Positions 9,800 through 18,914 of a stretch of 64,000 nt of DNA are shown here, piece after piece. The first letter of the stretch is position 1. Each line of letters begins with the position of its first letter. The position numbers and the translations under genes are program-made. The DNA lies in NCBI GenBank assembly GCA_964428315.1, contig CAYRXT010000008.1:6140-70139 (forward strand). Reading direction: 5' to 3'. The notes under the pieces are model-generated. The model had not been told where the DNA came from. It did not search any database and worked only from the letters and a program-made list of their open reading frames with translations. The DNA comes from an uncultured Planctomycetales bacterium. GTDB taxonomy: Bacteria; Omnitrophota; Gorgyraeia; Zapsychrales; CAYRXT01.

Positions 9800-10081
9800 T
9801 TATCTTTTCTTGTTCTTCATCCGCGCATAAGCCATGACCATCATTCCGCTTCCCATTAGCATGAGGGTTGCCGGTTCCGGATTATGCAGTGTAGCCAACG
9901 AGGAACCTGCGCCTCCGGTTATCGCGGCCGCTCCGCCAGCCGACGAACCGCCTGAGGACGCGGCGAGGAATATTCCGCCGCTTCCAATCAGGCTTCCGAG
10001 TCCGCCGCCCTGACAACCGTACAGTGCGGGAAGAAGAACCGACAAGCCAATGACTTGTAATGATTGAATTAGCTTTTTCAT
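9800..10081 (-). CDS. Small lipoprotein with C-terminal PEP-CTERM sorting signal
   Basis: Lipobox-like LYGC at Cys23; Gly/Ser/Ala-rich core; NPEP followed by a hydrophobic helix and RMKNKKR; RBS GGGAG. Confidence 0.8.
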   Translation of the reverse strand: MKKLIQSLQVIGLSVLLPALYGCQGGGLGSLIGSGGIFLAASSGGSSAGGAAAITGGAGSSLATLHNPEPATLMLMGSGMMVMAYARMKNKKR

Positions 10082-10263
10082 AAGTTCTCTCCCTATGGTT
10101 ATTATAGCGATCTATACTCTCTAATCTCATCAGTTTGACGATCACGTCATCGTGCTGAACGCTTGCCACCTGGCCCCTTTATTGCCGGCAAGATACCTCA
10201 ACCTTGCTTCTGACGGTACCGCACTGACGGTTTATGTGCTTACACAGCGGCCTTTGGCTCCGG

Positions 10264-10812
10264 TTATTTCTTCCTGCGAAGACCGGCCAGGCCGAGAAGC
10301 CCAATGCCAAGTAATGACATCGTGGCAGGCTCCGGGACTGTATCATAGCCGCTGGCCGCAAGCGTGGATTTCTTAAAAATCCAGTCGCCTTTTTTTGTGT
10401 CAATTTTCACGTTCAGCAGGCCGTCGGTCTGCAACATGGCTGTATCGATATCGAATTCCAAGTCGCTGTAATCGACCTCATTGAGCCCCCGGTATTCTCC
10501 GTCCGTCCAGACTTTGATCTTTTCATCAACCCAGTCCCATCCGAATATCCAGGGGAAATCGCCTTTGTCATCGCTCACATCCAGCGTTAAGGTCGCGGAT
10601 GTCAACACATGATCAGTCGGATTAAAACCATGGATATTGATGTCGTGCGTATAAGACAGCTTATCATTCACTTCCAGGAAAAGAAAGTCTAGAGAATAAA
10701 CGTCTTTCGGATCATAAACATCGGTGAAATCCACCGGTATGACTGCCATCGCGGTTGAACTAAAAACCAGCACAAAACCAATCATCAGGCCTAAAATGGA
10801 AATCTTTATCAT
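10264..10812 (-). CDS. PEP-CTERM sorting domain protein (acidic, beta-rich)
   Basis: Signal peptide ending in AMA; C-terminal VPEPATMSLLGIGLLGLAGLRRKK; RBS AAAGGAG before 10812. Confidence 0.92.
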   Translation of the reverse strand: MIKISILGLMIGFVLVFSSTAMAVIPVDFTDVYDPKDVYSLDFLFLEVNDKLSYTHDINIHGFNPTDHVLTSATLTLDVSDDKGDFPWIFGWDWVDEKIKVWTDGEYRGLNEVDYSDLEFDIDTAMLQTDGLLNVKIDTKKGDWIFKKSTLAASGYDTVPEPATMSLLGIGLLGLAGLRRKK

Positions 10813-10989
10813 CTGTTTTCTCCTTTCTAATAAGTTGTTGACATTGTCTGTTTCCATTATCGCAGTAATTTATTGGAGGCCATTCGGCTTGCCCTATTCC
10901 GAATGGTCATAATATTGAATAAATCAGCACAGATTAGAACTTCTTTGAAATTTTATTTTTATGAGAAACAGCAAAAAATGCGTTCCGAC

Positions 10990-11832
10990 TTATCTCGCGC
11001 CTTCTCCAGTGAATACCACCCGTACTGTGCGCATAACTATAAGTAAATCAGTCCAGAAATTCAGCTTATTGATATAGAACCGGTCATAGCGCACTTTTTT
11101 CTTGACGTCTTCGATTGTTTCGTCATAACGATGCCGTACCTGCGCCAAACCCGTTATGCCCGGTTTGACCATAAGACGCGTTTCATATAGAGGAATGGAC
11201 TCCCTCAGCTTGGGAATGAATTCCGGCCGTTCGGGGCGGGGCCCGATAATGCTCATTTCCCCTTTTAAGACGTTCAGGAACTGCGGGATCTCATCAATAT
11301 GGGCTTTGCGAAGGAAATTCCCGATGGGGATAAGTCGGCTGTCGTTTGCCAGAGCCCATACCGGTCCGGTTTCTTTTTCCGCGTCCGTTTTCATAGTACG
11401 GAATTTAATGATTTCAAAAAGCTTGCCGTCCTTCCCGACCCGTGTCTGTGAAAAAAAGACGGGGCCTCTTGACGTCATCTTGATGGCCAGGGCGACGAGC
11501 AGGCACAGCGGCGAAAGGATGACTAAAGCCGTCAACGATCCGATGATATCGAACAACCGTTTTGCCCTATCATAGGTCCGCTGAATAAAACGGAAAACCA
11601 TTCCCATCAGTCCGCTGGCAAACAAGACCAAAGATGATGGTTCCGGCGCCCGGGATTCATTCGAGGCGTTCGAACCCCGGGATGACATTTCCACAGGATA
11701 CGCCGCGTCCATAGGTTTTACTAACGATATGGTCGCCCACGCAGTGCCCACACAAAGGCCGCCGATAATCAAGAGGCTCATGAGCACCGTTAATCGGCCG
11801 AATTTCTTTAGATATTGTGCATTTCTTTTCAT
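10990..11832 (-). CDS. Priming phosphoglycosyltransferase (Bac_transf) with an N-terminal signal peptide + internal PEP-CTERM module
   Basis: KRLFD, GPVFFSQTRVG, KFRTM, IDEIPQ, GEMSIIGPRP and KPGITGLAQ motifs; upstream TAWA signal site and APEPSSLVLFASGLMGMVFRFIQR. Confidence 0.9.
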   Translation of the reverse strand: MKRNAQYLKKFGRLTVLMSLLIIGGLCVGTAWATISLVKPMDAAYPVEMSSRGSNASNESRAPEPSSLVLFASGLMGMVFRFIQRTYDRAKRLFDIIGSLTALVILSPLCLLVALAIKMTSRGPVFFSQTRVGKDGKLFEIIKFRTMKTDAEKETGPVWALANDSRLIPIGNFLRKAHIDEIPQFLNVLKGEMSIIGPRPERPEFIPKLRESIPLYETRLMVKPGITGLAQVRHRYDETIEDVKKKVRYDRFYINKLNFWTDLLIVMRTVRVVFTGEGAR

Positions 11833-11884
11833 AATGAAAGCGTTTGCGGAAAGCGTTTTGTTTAGTCTCAACAATCATTATAGT

Positions 11885-11900
11885 AGCAATAAACGTGCCA
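11885..11900 (-). promoter_or_regulatory. Sigma54 -24/-12 promoter
   Basis: TGGCACG-TTTA-TTGCT matches the consensus exactly. Confidence 0.85.
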
Positions 11901-11990
11901 GGATTAAGGCGAATTGGCGAAGAACAGGTTAAGACCATAACCATTTGAAGTTAAAAGATTAATATATATTTAGGTGAACACTTATAGTAT

Positions 11991-12024
11991 GACAAGATAA
12001 GACATTTCTAGACAAATACGGACA
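11991..12024. promoter_or_regulatory. Four GACA direct repeats at an exact 10-bp period (putative protein-binding array)
   Basis: GACA starts at 11991, 12001, 12011 and 12021. Confidence 0.5.
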
Positions 12025-12040
12025 TACCCGGAAATCATTT

Positions 12041-12076
12041 TGTTGAAATATTTCAACATGTTGACCGGCATCATCA
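12041..12076. promoter_or_regulatory. Candidate enhancer (UAS) for the sigma54 activator
   Basis: Perfect 18-bp palindrome TGTTGAAATATTTCAACA plus an adjacent degenerate copy, about 140-175 bp upstream of the sigma54 site. Confidence 0.6.
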
Positions 12077-12130
12077 AGATGTACAATGAATCATCACTGT
12101 CCCAGCCAAGGTGTTATTCGCGCCGAATAG

Positions 12131-12232
12131 GCTCCCGTGGTGCCGCAAGCGGGAATCCATGAAGGGCAAAAATGGATCCCCGCTTAAAGCATGCCGGGAT
12201 GACAGATTCTTACAGGCATGCGGGGATGGCAT
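12131..12232. repeat. Degenerate REP-like palindromic element (GCGGGAATCCA...TGGATCCCCGC...GGGATGACA type)
   Basis: Inverted arms AGCGGGAATCCA (12148) and TGGATCCCCGCT (12173). Confidence 0.55.
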
Positions 12233-12311
12233 GATCCTTTGTTTAGCCCACATTCCATCCGCGACAATTCGATCCTTATTTGGACATGAGTGTATAAATC
12301 AAAATCTGAAC

Positions 12312-12947
12312 TTAAGGCAGAAATTCATAAAGGAAGGGAACAATTTTTTGAATAAACGACCGGATAGTCTGCAACGTTTCTTCTTCATTATTGCCCATCT
12401 CCGAGGAGACACGGATCAGGGCACTGCTTGTTGACCGGCCGGTCAAGGCGTTGAGCGCCAGCAGTCCCTGCTGTTTCCAGTAATTCGAAGTGAATCTGTC
12501 CCGACCCGCCTTGAACCAGTAAAAGGAAAACTGCTTCTCTTCACCGAGCGTCAATTCAAGATTGTTGGCCGTGATAGACTTGTCCGAACCAGCCAGGTCG
12601 ATGCTTTCTTTGGTGTTTTTGAGAATGGTCGCCCCCCCGCCCGTGTAGCAGATTTCCGGAGGATGCGACACCTTCCGGTTTTCCCCGGAATAAACAATAA
12701 AGAGAAACACCTTTTTGCCGTTATGCCGGTTGGTATATTCCCGGATAAAAACATTGCGTGTTTCCAGGATTTCGTATTCGCGTTCGGAGATAGGCAGGTC
12801 CCTCGCCTCCCAGGGGCCGATTTCTTTTGGAAAATCATGGAGTATGACAGCCTCACGGTCGTTATAGGTCCGGAAATACCTCGACCATCCGAACAGGCCG
12901 CATGCCAGGATGAGCGAGATCAACACAAAATAACGAAAACCCTTCAT
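12312..12947 (-). CDS. epsI: EpsI family exosortase-associated protein
   Basis: FP..IG.W, HPPEICYTGGG, YWF and ALIRVS motifs; adjacent to exosortase; RBS GGAG before ATG 12947. Confidence 0.88.
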   Translation of the reverse strand: MKGFRYFVLISLILACGLFGWSRYFRTYNDREAVILHDFPKEIGPWEARDLPISEREYEILETRNVFIREYTNRHNGKKVFLFIVYSGENRKVSHPPEICYTGGGATILKNTKESIDLAGSDKSITANNLELTLGEEKQFSFYWFKAGRDRFTSNYWKQQGLLALNALTGRSTSSALIRVSSEMGNNEEETLQTIRSFIQKIVPFLYEFLP

Positions 12948-12952
12948 GGCGT

Positions 12953-13819
12953 TCACTCCATTATTTTCATCAGCGAATACAAAAGCACGAAAGCCAGCGC
13001 GAAGACGAGAAAACCGGACAGGTCGTGGATAAAGCCTTCGGCCCTCTCCGGTCCCCATATCTCGCTTACCGACGCCAGGAATACGACGCGGAAGACATTG
13101 GTGGCGATCGCGATCGGCACGGTTGAGATAAAAAGCGTGAGCCTTTTCAAGAGCCGTGACTTCATCCAATAGGCGAAAATCGCCCCTAGGGCCGCAAGGG
13201 ATATCAGGGAACGCAGTCCGCTGCAGACATCGTCGACAACGACAAAAGCGTGCCTCATTCTGATGATGCTTCCCTCACGAATGGCGGGGATGCGGATGCT
13301 GTTCAGCGCCTCTGTGGAGATCTGCGCCGCCAGGAGTTTCATTTGGAAACTGATGTTGGTTATCACGACCATCGGTACGGGGATCATGAACATGAGAAAC
13401 AAGACAGGAAATAGGATGAGACGGAAGACCGCCGTGCCGTAAAACAGAAGGACCATCCCGACGATCACCATCAGCATGGACCACGCCGCGGTGAAATAGA
13501 TCCGGAATACGGCGCTGGCCGCGTAGACCAGGAGCCCGGATAAAACAAATCCCCATGCCCAGCGCGAGGGCACAAAGCGCGCTTTGGCCAGCTCGTCCTT
13601 TTTTTGCCATATCAAAAAGGCCGTAACAAAGGGGATGAGGATGCCGTGGCTGTAATAGGAGTCGCGCGCGAACCAGCGCTCCCACATCCACTCGAGGACC
13701 GGGGCGTACGCCGCCAGAAATACAAGGCCGGCGGCCACAGGCCCGGCATGGGCTTTGGCTATATCCTTGACATTCATTATAGTATCAGCAAATTTAACAT
13801 AATTCGTGTTAGGCATCAA
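12953..13819 (-). CDS. xrt: Exosortase (EpsH/XrtA-like)
   Basis: YSHG motif; catalytic triad Cys (CSGLRS), Arg (NVFRV) and His (HDLSG); about 8 TM helices; start may be 13777. Confidence 0.93.
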   Translation of the reverse strand: MMPNTNYVKFADTIMNVKDIAKAHAGPVAAGLVFLAAYAPVLEWMWERWFARDSYYSHGILIPFVTAFLIWQKKDELAKARFVPSRWAWGFVLSGLLVYAASAVFRIYFTAAWSMLMVIVGMVLLFYGTAVFRLILFPVLFLMFMIPVPMVVITNISFQMKLLAAQISTEALNSIRIPAIREGSIIRMRHAFVVVDDVCSGLRSLISLAALGAIFAYWMKSRLLKRLTLFISTVPIAIATNVFRVVFLASVSEIWGPERAEGFIHDLSGFLVFALAFVLLYSLMKIME

Positions 13820-13837
13820 GCCCGTTAGTCGTGTGCG

Positions 13838-16528
13838 TTAGTTTTGCCTTTTCATGATGGCGAACTCATCGATCCAGAAATGGGCCCCCTTTTCAGCGTT
13901 CCCGTCGGTGTGAAACTGGATCGCCGAAAGGTAGTCCGTCATAGCGAGAACGCTGCGCACGCCTCCGGCGGCGTCGAAGACGAGTTCATGCCATTGACCG
14001 TCGTCGCTGAGCTGCAGTTTGTCCTTGGCCAGGGCGCCGGCACACCGATACCCCCTCGTCCCTCCCAGACAGATCCAGTCGCCAAACCCCGTCCGAGCCC
14101 TTAAGCCCACCGGCGTGTTTTGCGGGATGCGGTAGGCGAATTTCACGAAGGGGTAGTCCCGCAGATGCCATGCGTTGATATTCACGCCGGCGGTTAGGTC
14201 CGATCCCGCGAATTTACCGGTGACCTTGAGCGCCCGGCCGTTTCTTCCGGATTCGACGATATCAAAACGGGCGTCTCCCTGGGAAGTGAACATCCCCTGC
14301 GATTTTTCGAAGCCGGCATAAAACAAAATGTCCTTACCCGCTGCCCGTTTTTCTTCGGGCAGTTCGGACAGGACGTTTCCCTTCCAGAGAGGAGAATCGT
14401 CAACGTAACCCAGGAAGTGGCCACTGGAGCGGTAATTCTGATTGAAATGTTTTTGGGAATTCAGGAAGGCTTCGGACACGCCGCGCTCGAAGACCTTCAT
14501 CCCGATCACATAGTAATCCTCGCGCTCATAACCGCTGATCAGATGACCGTAACCGAAGGCGTGGACGACCAGGAGATTCAGATCCGGCGAGCCTTCGGAG
14601 TTGGCATAATTGTCGGACGTCATATAGCGGAACGAATCGCCCCTGGCGACCAGGCCTTCCCTTATCATCCAGTCAAGGGCGCGGAACAGGGAATCCGCCG
14701 CGATCCTGTTATGCGTTAACCGGTGAAGTTTAACAACTGGCTCGAGGAGAATACCCGTCATGAAAGGCGACCCCCCGTATTCATCAGGTCTCGCGCCTTC
14801 GTCGGGATCATGGGCGTAAAGGTTGTGGATAAACCCTCCCCGGTCCGGCCACTGGATCTGCGTGAGATAAAGATGCTCCATGTATTGTTCAGCGGCTTTG
14901 AGATACGCCGTGTCCTGCGATATTTCATAATAGGACAGAACACCGAGAAACGGAAAGGCATAACGCCGTTCGGTCCAAAAATTCGTGCGGCCTTTTTCAT
15001 AAAAAGCGTCTTCAGGAGGAAAATGTGTTTTTAAATAATCCGCCATGTATCCGGCAACCTCCAGCGATCGCGGGTCTCCCGTCAGAAGATAGTCGTCGGC
15101 CAGGGCCTGCACATAGACGTATCGGGGTTCCCTGCCGGCCGTGCTCCGTCCCCTCTCAGAGCCGTCGAGAACGATTTGATTCTCACGGTAAAAAATGAGT
15201 TCCTTCCTGGCAGCCAGAAAATAATCCAGGTTCCCCGAGCGCGCGTAAAACTGGTAGTAGACGTGCGGTGTGGAATAGTAGCCATCTTTACGGACGTCAC
15301 CGGTCCTTTCTTTTTCGGAAAGACGGGGGAAATACCGTTCGATGTGCTGATCGTAAACAGCGGCCGGGCCACGGACTTTCCGGCGGATGGCCTTTTGCCG
15401 CTCAAGCTCCCTCATTTCCGACGCGGAGAGATCGCTTTGACCGGCCTTATCTTCCGGCGCGGGCGTATAACTCATGGGGCGCTGGGCGCCTGTAACCTCG
15501 GAACCGCAAAGCCATTCAGCCGGCAGGACGATAAAACCTTCGGGCAGGTCCCAACGCGGTTCCTGCACCGGAAGGGATTCCAAACCGCGTCTTTCCCCCC
15601 ATTCCATTGTCACATATTCATAAAAACGCGGAACGTCATAGGAAAACTGGACGAGAAGGGAGCGGATAGAATTGTCCCGGGGCCATCGGGCCAGAACGCG
15701 CACGGCAACGGGGATCTCTTTTCCTGCGGCATCGAGGAAACGGACCATCCGGTCTGATGTGAGCTGTCCGGGACCGAAAGGGATCCCGGTTGAAACCAAG
15801 ACAGAATCGCCCTTAGTTTTTTTCAATTTGGCGACGGGTACCTTGATACGTCCCTCTTTGGGCAGCTGATTTTGAGGCGGCATTTTGGCCAGGCGTATGC
15901 TGAGAGTTTGTTTATCCGTATCCGTTTTTGCGGCCGGCGCGATTGTATGCGGAGTAGAAATTGGTCCGGCGTCTTCTTTATACACCTCCCTCTCCTGTCG
16001 CACGAGCCGCAGGTTGTCGAAAAACAGGGTGAAGCTTTTGTCCGGTTTCTTGAGGAAGAAGACCACAAACCGGATATGAGAGGCATTAATTTTCCGTGCG
16101 ATCTCTGACCGGTCAACACTGAGGCTGTTCATGCCCGGCTTTAAAATTCGGGAAGTCTGCGCCCGTTTACGGTTGTTATCGTCAAGCCTGATGTAGAGTT
16201 CCAGGTCTTCCTGCCTGGGATTGTAGACATCCAAAGCAAGAGATGCATATTCCCCCCAGTTTTGAGGAAGTTTTTTGGTGTTAATGCTGGGCCAGTCGTC
16301 CTTGGGGAATTCGGCCTTCAAGGCATAACGCCCCTGCGTCACATGGTCCTTGGACAATTCCAGAGCAAAGCCTTGTTCCGGTGATGTGTCCCAGACCTTG
16401 ACATCTTCAAAATCCGAGAGAAGACGCGCTGTTCCTGCGCCTTCTTTTCCGTCGTCACCGGTCAGGCTCATCAACAGAGCACCGGCGCAGATAATGACCA
16501 GTATCGGTATCCATTTTTTTAAACCCAT
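13838..16528 (-). CDS. Large exported protein with CBM-like domains, a PcRGLX/YetA-like RIFT domain and an alpha/alpha toroid (putative polysaccharide lyase/hydrolase)
   Basis: N-terminal anchor; galactose-binding-like ends (FFDNLRL, FWIDEF); GIPFGPG...VLARWP.D.SIRSLLVQF motif; SPFMTGIL helix. Confidence 0.55.
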   Translation of the reverse strand: MGLKKWIPILVIICAGALLMSLTGDDGKEGAGTARLLSDFEDVKVWDTSPEQGFALELSKDHVTQGRYALKAEFPKDDWPSINTKKLPQNWGEYASLALDVYNPRQEDLELYIRLDDNNRKRAQTSRILKPGMNSLSVDRSEIARKINASHIRFVVFFLKKPDKSFTLFFDNLRLVRQEREVYKEDAGPISTPHTIAPAAKTDTDKQTLSIRLAKMPPQNQLPKEGRIKVPVAKLKKTKGDSVLVSTGIPFGPGQLTSDRMVRFLDAAGKEIPVAVRVLARWPRDNSIRSLLVQFSYDVPRFYEYVTMEWGERRGLESLPVQEPRWDLPEGFIVLPAEWLCGSEVTGAQRPMSYTPAPEDKAGQSDLSASEMRELERQKAIRRKVRGPAAVYDQHIERYFPRLSEKERTGDVRKDGYYSTPHVYYQFYARSGNLDYFLAARKELIFYRENQIVLDGSERGRSTAGREPRYVYVQALADDYLLTGDPRSLEVAGYMADYLKTHFPPEDAFYEKGRTNFWTERRYAFPFLGVLSYYEISQDTAYLKAAEQYMEHLYLTQIQWPDRGGFIHNLYAHDPDEGARPDEYGGSPFMTGILLEPVVKLHRLTHNRIAADSLFRALDWMIREGLVARGDSFRYMTSDNYANSEGSPDLNLLVVHAFGYGHLISGYEREDYYVIGMKVFERGVSEAFLNSQKHFNQNYRSSGHFLGYVDDSPLWKGNVLSELPEEKRAAGKDILFYAGFEKSQGMFTSQGDARFDIVESGRNGRALKVTGKFAGSDLTAGVNINAWHLRDYPFVKFAYRIPQNTPVGLRARTGFGDWICLGGTRGYRCAGALAKDKLQLSDDGQWHELVFDAAGGVRSVLAMTDYLSAIQFHTDGNAEKGAHFWIDEFAIMKRQN

Positions 16529-16532
16529 AAAA

Positions 16533-17642
16533 TCACCTCGATTCAATACGACTATGTATTTTATAATCCCTGAATCCGCCGGGATCACCGTTTTGGCCGG
16601 CCTCGGCGGCCTTGATGATGTTCACCATTTCCCTGGCGGTGACATAGTGAAGACGGAATCGGATTCCGTCGTCGTATCCCGCGCAAAGATATCTGTGCAT
16701 TTCCTCAATGGGGCCTTTGAGAAGCACCCCCCGGTTTTCCTCTGTCGCGCCGTGGGTATGGACCTTGATGAATATCCAATCGTCACGGCCGGCGACCCGG
16801 ATCATACAGCGCGCCCAAAGGTCAACGCGGTTTGCGTCCGGTGGGTTGAAAGCCGATATCTCTCCGTTTTCGATCCGGGGAAAGAGACCGAATTTCCTTT
16901 TATTCCAGTTCAGTGCCAGCGGCCCCTGAACCAACAGTAGCGCCGAGTCCACAGCGCTCATTCCTTCGGCGCATTCCACACCGTCGTTATGGGATTTGGG
17001 CGCGTTCTCATTGTTGTGGACGTCGTAGTACAGGCTGTTGATGGTCCTGGTCTGTGTCTCGCTGGGCGCCGAAGGCATGGTGAAATCTGCGTAACACCCT
17101 TCATCCTTGAGGATCGAGGTTTCGTTGTTGACGCCGCACCACCGGCCGTCCCTGCGTGAATTGTTGAGACTCCAGTTGCCATGTATGAAGCCGAAACGGA
17201 TCTCCCCGGTTGTCTTGTCCGCCCCCAAAAGTCCGTGACGGGAGAAATTTTTCTTGGCCAGACGGATCTTCTGACGGAAAGAGCGGGCGTTGTCGCCGTC
17301 GTGGTGCAGATGGATTTCCACCTCTCCATAACCCCTTCGGCACAGGTCGGCCAGACGTTCCAGATGTCCGGCGTTATACGTTTCTGCCGGGTAGAAAAAG
17401 GTGTGCCGGGGATGCCGGCCGTCGCCGTCAAAAAACCTGTCGGCCATGGACGGGTACCGCTCTGTCCAGGCTTTGACGCGCTCGAGCTGCTGCTCCGGAC
17501 CGGCCCTGTTCCAGTCCGGTTCAAAGTGGTCCGCGAGACAGAACATGACATGCGCGGGCCGGGCTGGATGTTCCCGTCTTCTCAGACGCGCGAGCTGCTG
17601 CCGGATATATGCCGGAAGCCAGATGTGGGTGTTTTTGAACAT
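16533..17642 (-). CDS. Conserved hypothetical protein, His-rich putative metal-dependent deacetylase-like fold
   Basis: ADHFEP, HTFFYP, EIHLHH, FIHGNW, GCYADFT and KVHTHG motifs. Confidence 0.6.
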   Translation of the reverse strand: MFKNTHIWLPAYIRQQLARLRRREHPARPAHVMFCLADHFEPDWNRAGPEQQLERVKAWTERYPSMADRFFDGDGRHPRHTFFYPAETYNAGHLERLADLCRRGYGEVEIHLHHDGDNARSFRQKIRLAKKNFSRHGLLGADKTTGEIRFGFIHGNWSLNNSRRDGRWCGVNNETSILKDEGCYADFTMPSAPSETQTRTINSLYYDVHNNENAPKSHNDGVECAEGMSAVDSALLLVQGPLALNWNKRKFGLFPRIENGEISAFNPPDANRVDLWARCMIRVAGRDDWIFIKVHTHGATEENRGVLLKGPIEEMHRYLCAGYDDGIRFRLHYVTAREMVNIIKAAEAGQNGDPGGFRDYKIHSRIESR

Positions 17643-17750
17643 AGTATACTTTTTTATTTTTTAAATGATAATCGATGCAATCAGCGTTCCCCTTTGCAGG
17701 ACGGGCATGCCGCAAAAATCCATCATCGATCGGCTCTTGTCCATCCTCCC

Positions 17751-18911
17751 TCACCTCTCCGTCCTATTCCATTTCACGTTGTGTTTTCCCGTCAAGTACA
17801 TCCCCAGTCCCAGCAAAAGAGCGATGTTCATGGAGACAAAATAGTAGCACAGGCTGAAAAAACGTATATGCCGGCCGGACCAGGACAGGATTTGGCCGAT
17901 AATGGCCGAAATATAGAACATGCACTGGACGAGGAAAATCAGTGCATACAAAGGATGCTTGATCAAGAGAGCGTTGGTCATGAACGCCGCGATAAGAAAA
18001 AGCGGCGCGAACCAGCGCAGGACCTTGTGCGACCAGAACGCGAAAGCCGGAAATCCGCGCATAGGGTTAAGCAGGGATTTGAGCATGCCCAGCGACTGGA
18101 AGTCGCCGGCGCCGATACGGATTCGCCGCTTCTTTTCCTGAATGATATGGGCGGCCGCTTCCTCGGTGGCGAAGGCCTGGGGTTCGTAGACGACCCGGTA
18201 GCCCTTTTCCATGATCTTCATAGGAAGGACAAAATCCTCGACGATCGTGTCCGGGGGGCAGCGTTCGAAAAGGCTTTTGTGAATGGCGTAGATCGCGCCG
18301 TTGGCGCCGAGGAGCGCGCCGTGGCTGCCTTCGATCCTTTTTAAGAACGTCTCGAAGCGCCAGTAGATCCCTTCCAGTTCGCCCGTCCTGCTCCCTTCGG
18401 CGTTGACGAATTCCAGCGCCCCGCACACCGCGCCGACTTCTTCATCCGAAAAATTGCGGACGAGTTTTTTTATGGCGCCGGGAGCGAAGATCGTGTTCGC
18501 GTCGCTGAAGACAATGATCTCTTTTCGGGCCTGCTCCACGGCCTCATTGAGGACGTTAACCTTGCCCCGGCGTCTCGGGAAATCCAGGAGACGGACACCG
18601 CTGGACTCATAGGAACGGGTGATCTCTGCCGTCTTGTCCGTCGAGCCATCCGAGGCGATGATGACCTCCATCTTGTCCTGCGGGTAGTCCAGTTTGAGGC
18701 AGTTCTCGATTTTGCGGCCGATGACCTTTTCTTCGTTGTAAGCCGCTATAATGATGGTGACCCCGGGCTCGAATGGCCTGAACTGCCGGGTCCGGCTCCG
18801 GTTGAATTTATCGATGAAAAGCAGGATAAGCGGATAGACGGCATAGGAGTAGATCAGGCAAAACGCGCTGACCCAAAACAAGACCTGTATCATCGAAAAC
18901 ACGCGCGGCAT
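17751..18911 (-). CDS. Glycosyltransferase family 2 (CESA-like, membrane-bound)
   Basis: AAYNEE, SDGSTD, FSDAN, ED and RRIRI motifs; C-terminal TM helices. Confidence 0.92.
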   Translation of the reverse strand: MPRVFSMIQVLFWVSAFCLIYSYAVYPLILLFIDKFNRSRTRQFRPFEPGVTIIIAAYNEEKVIGRKIENCLKLDYPQDKMEVIIASDGSTDKTAEITRSYESSGVRLLDFPRRRGKVNVLNEAVEQARKEIIVFSDANTIFAPGAIKKLVRNFSDEEVGAVCGALEFVNAEGSRTGELEGIYWRFETFLKRIEGSHGALLGANGAIYAIHKSLFERCPPDTIVEDFVLPMKIMEKGYRVVYEPQAFATEEAAAHIIQEKKRRIRIGAGDFQSLGMLKSLLNPMRGFPAFAFWSHKVLRWFAPLFLIAAFMTNALLIKHPLYALIFLVQCMFYISAIIGQILSWSGRHIRFFSLCYYFVSMNIALLLGLGMYLTGKHNVKWNRTER

Positions 18912-18914
18912 GGT

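Noticed and set aside
10153-10168. TGGCAAG-CGTT-CAGCA upstream of the small PEP-CTERM lipoprotein
   Set aside because: Spacing is correct but the -12 element lacks TTGC, which is too weak to call
10971-10987. Sigma54-like site upstream of the 10812 PEP-CTERM gene (CGGAACGCATTTTTTGC)
   Set aside because: GG-to-GC spacing is 12 rather than the required 10
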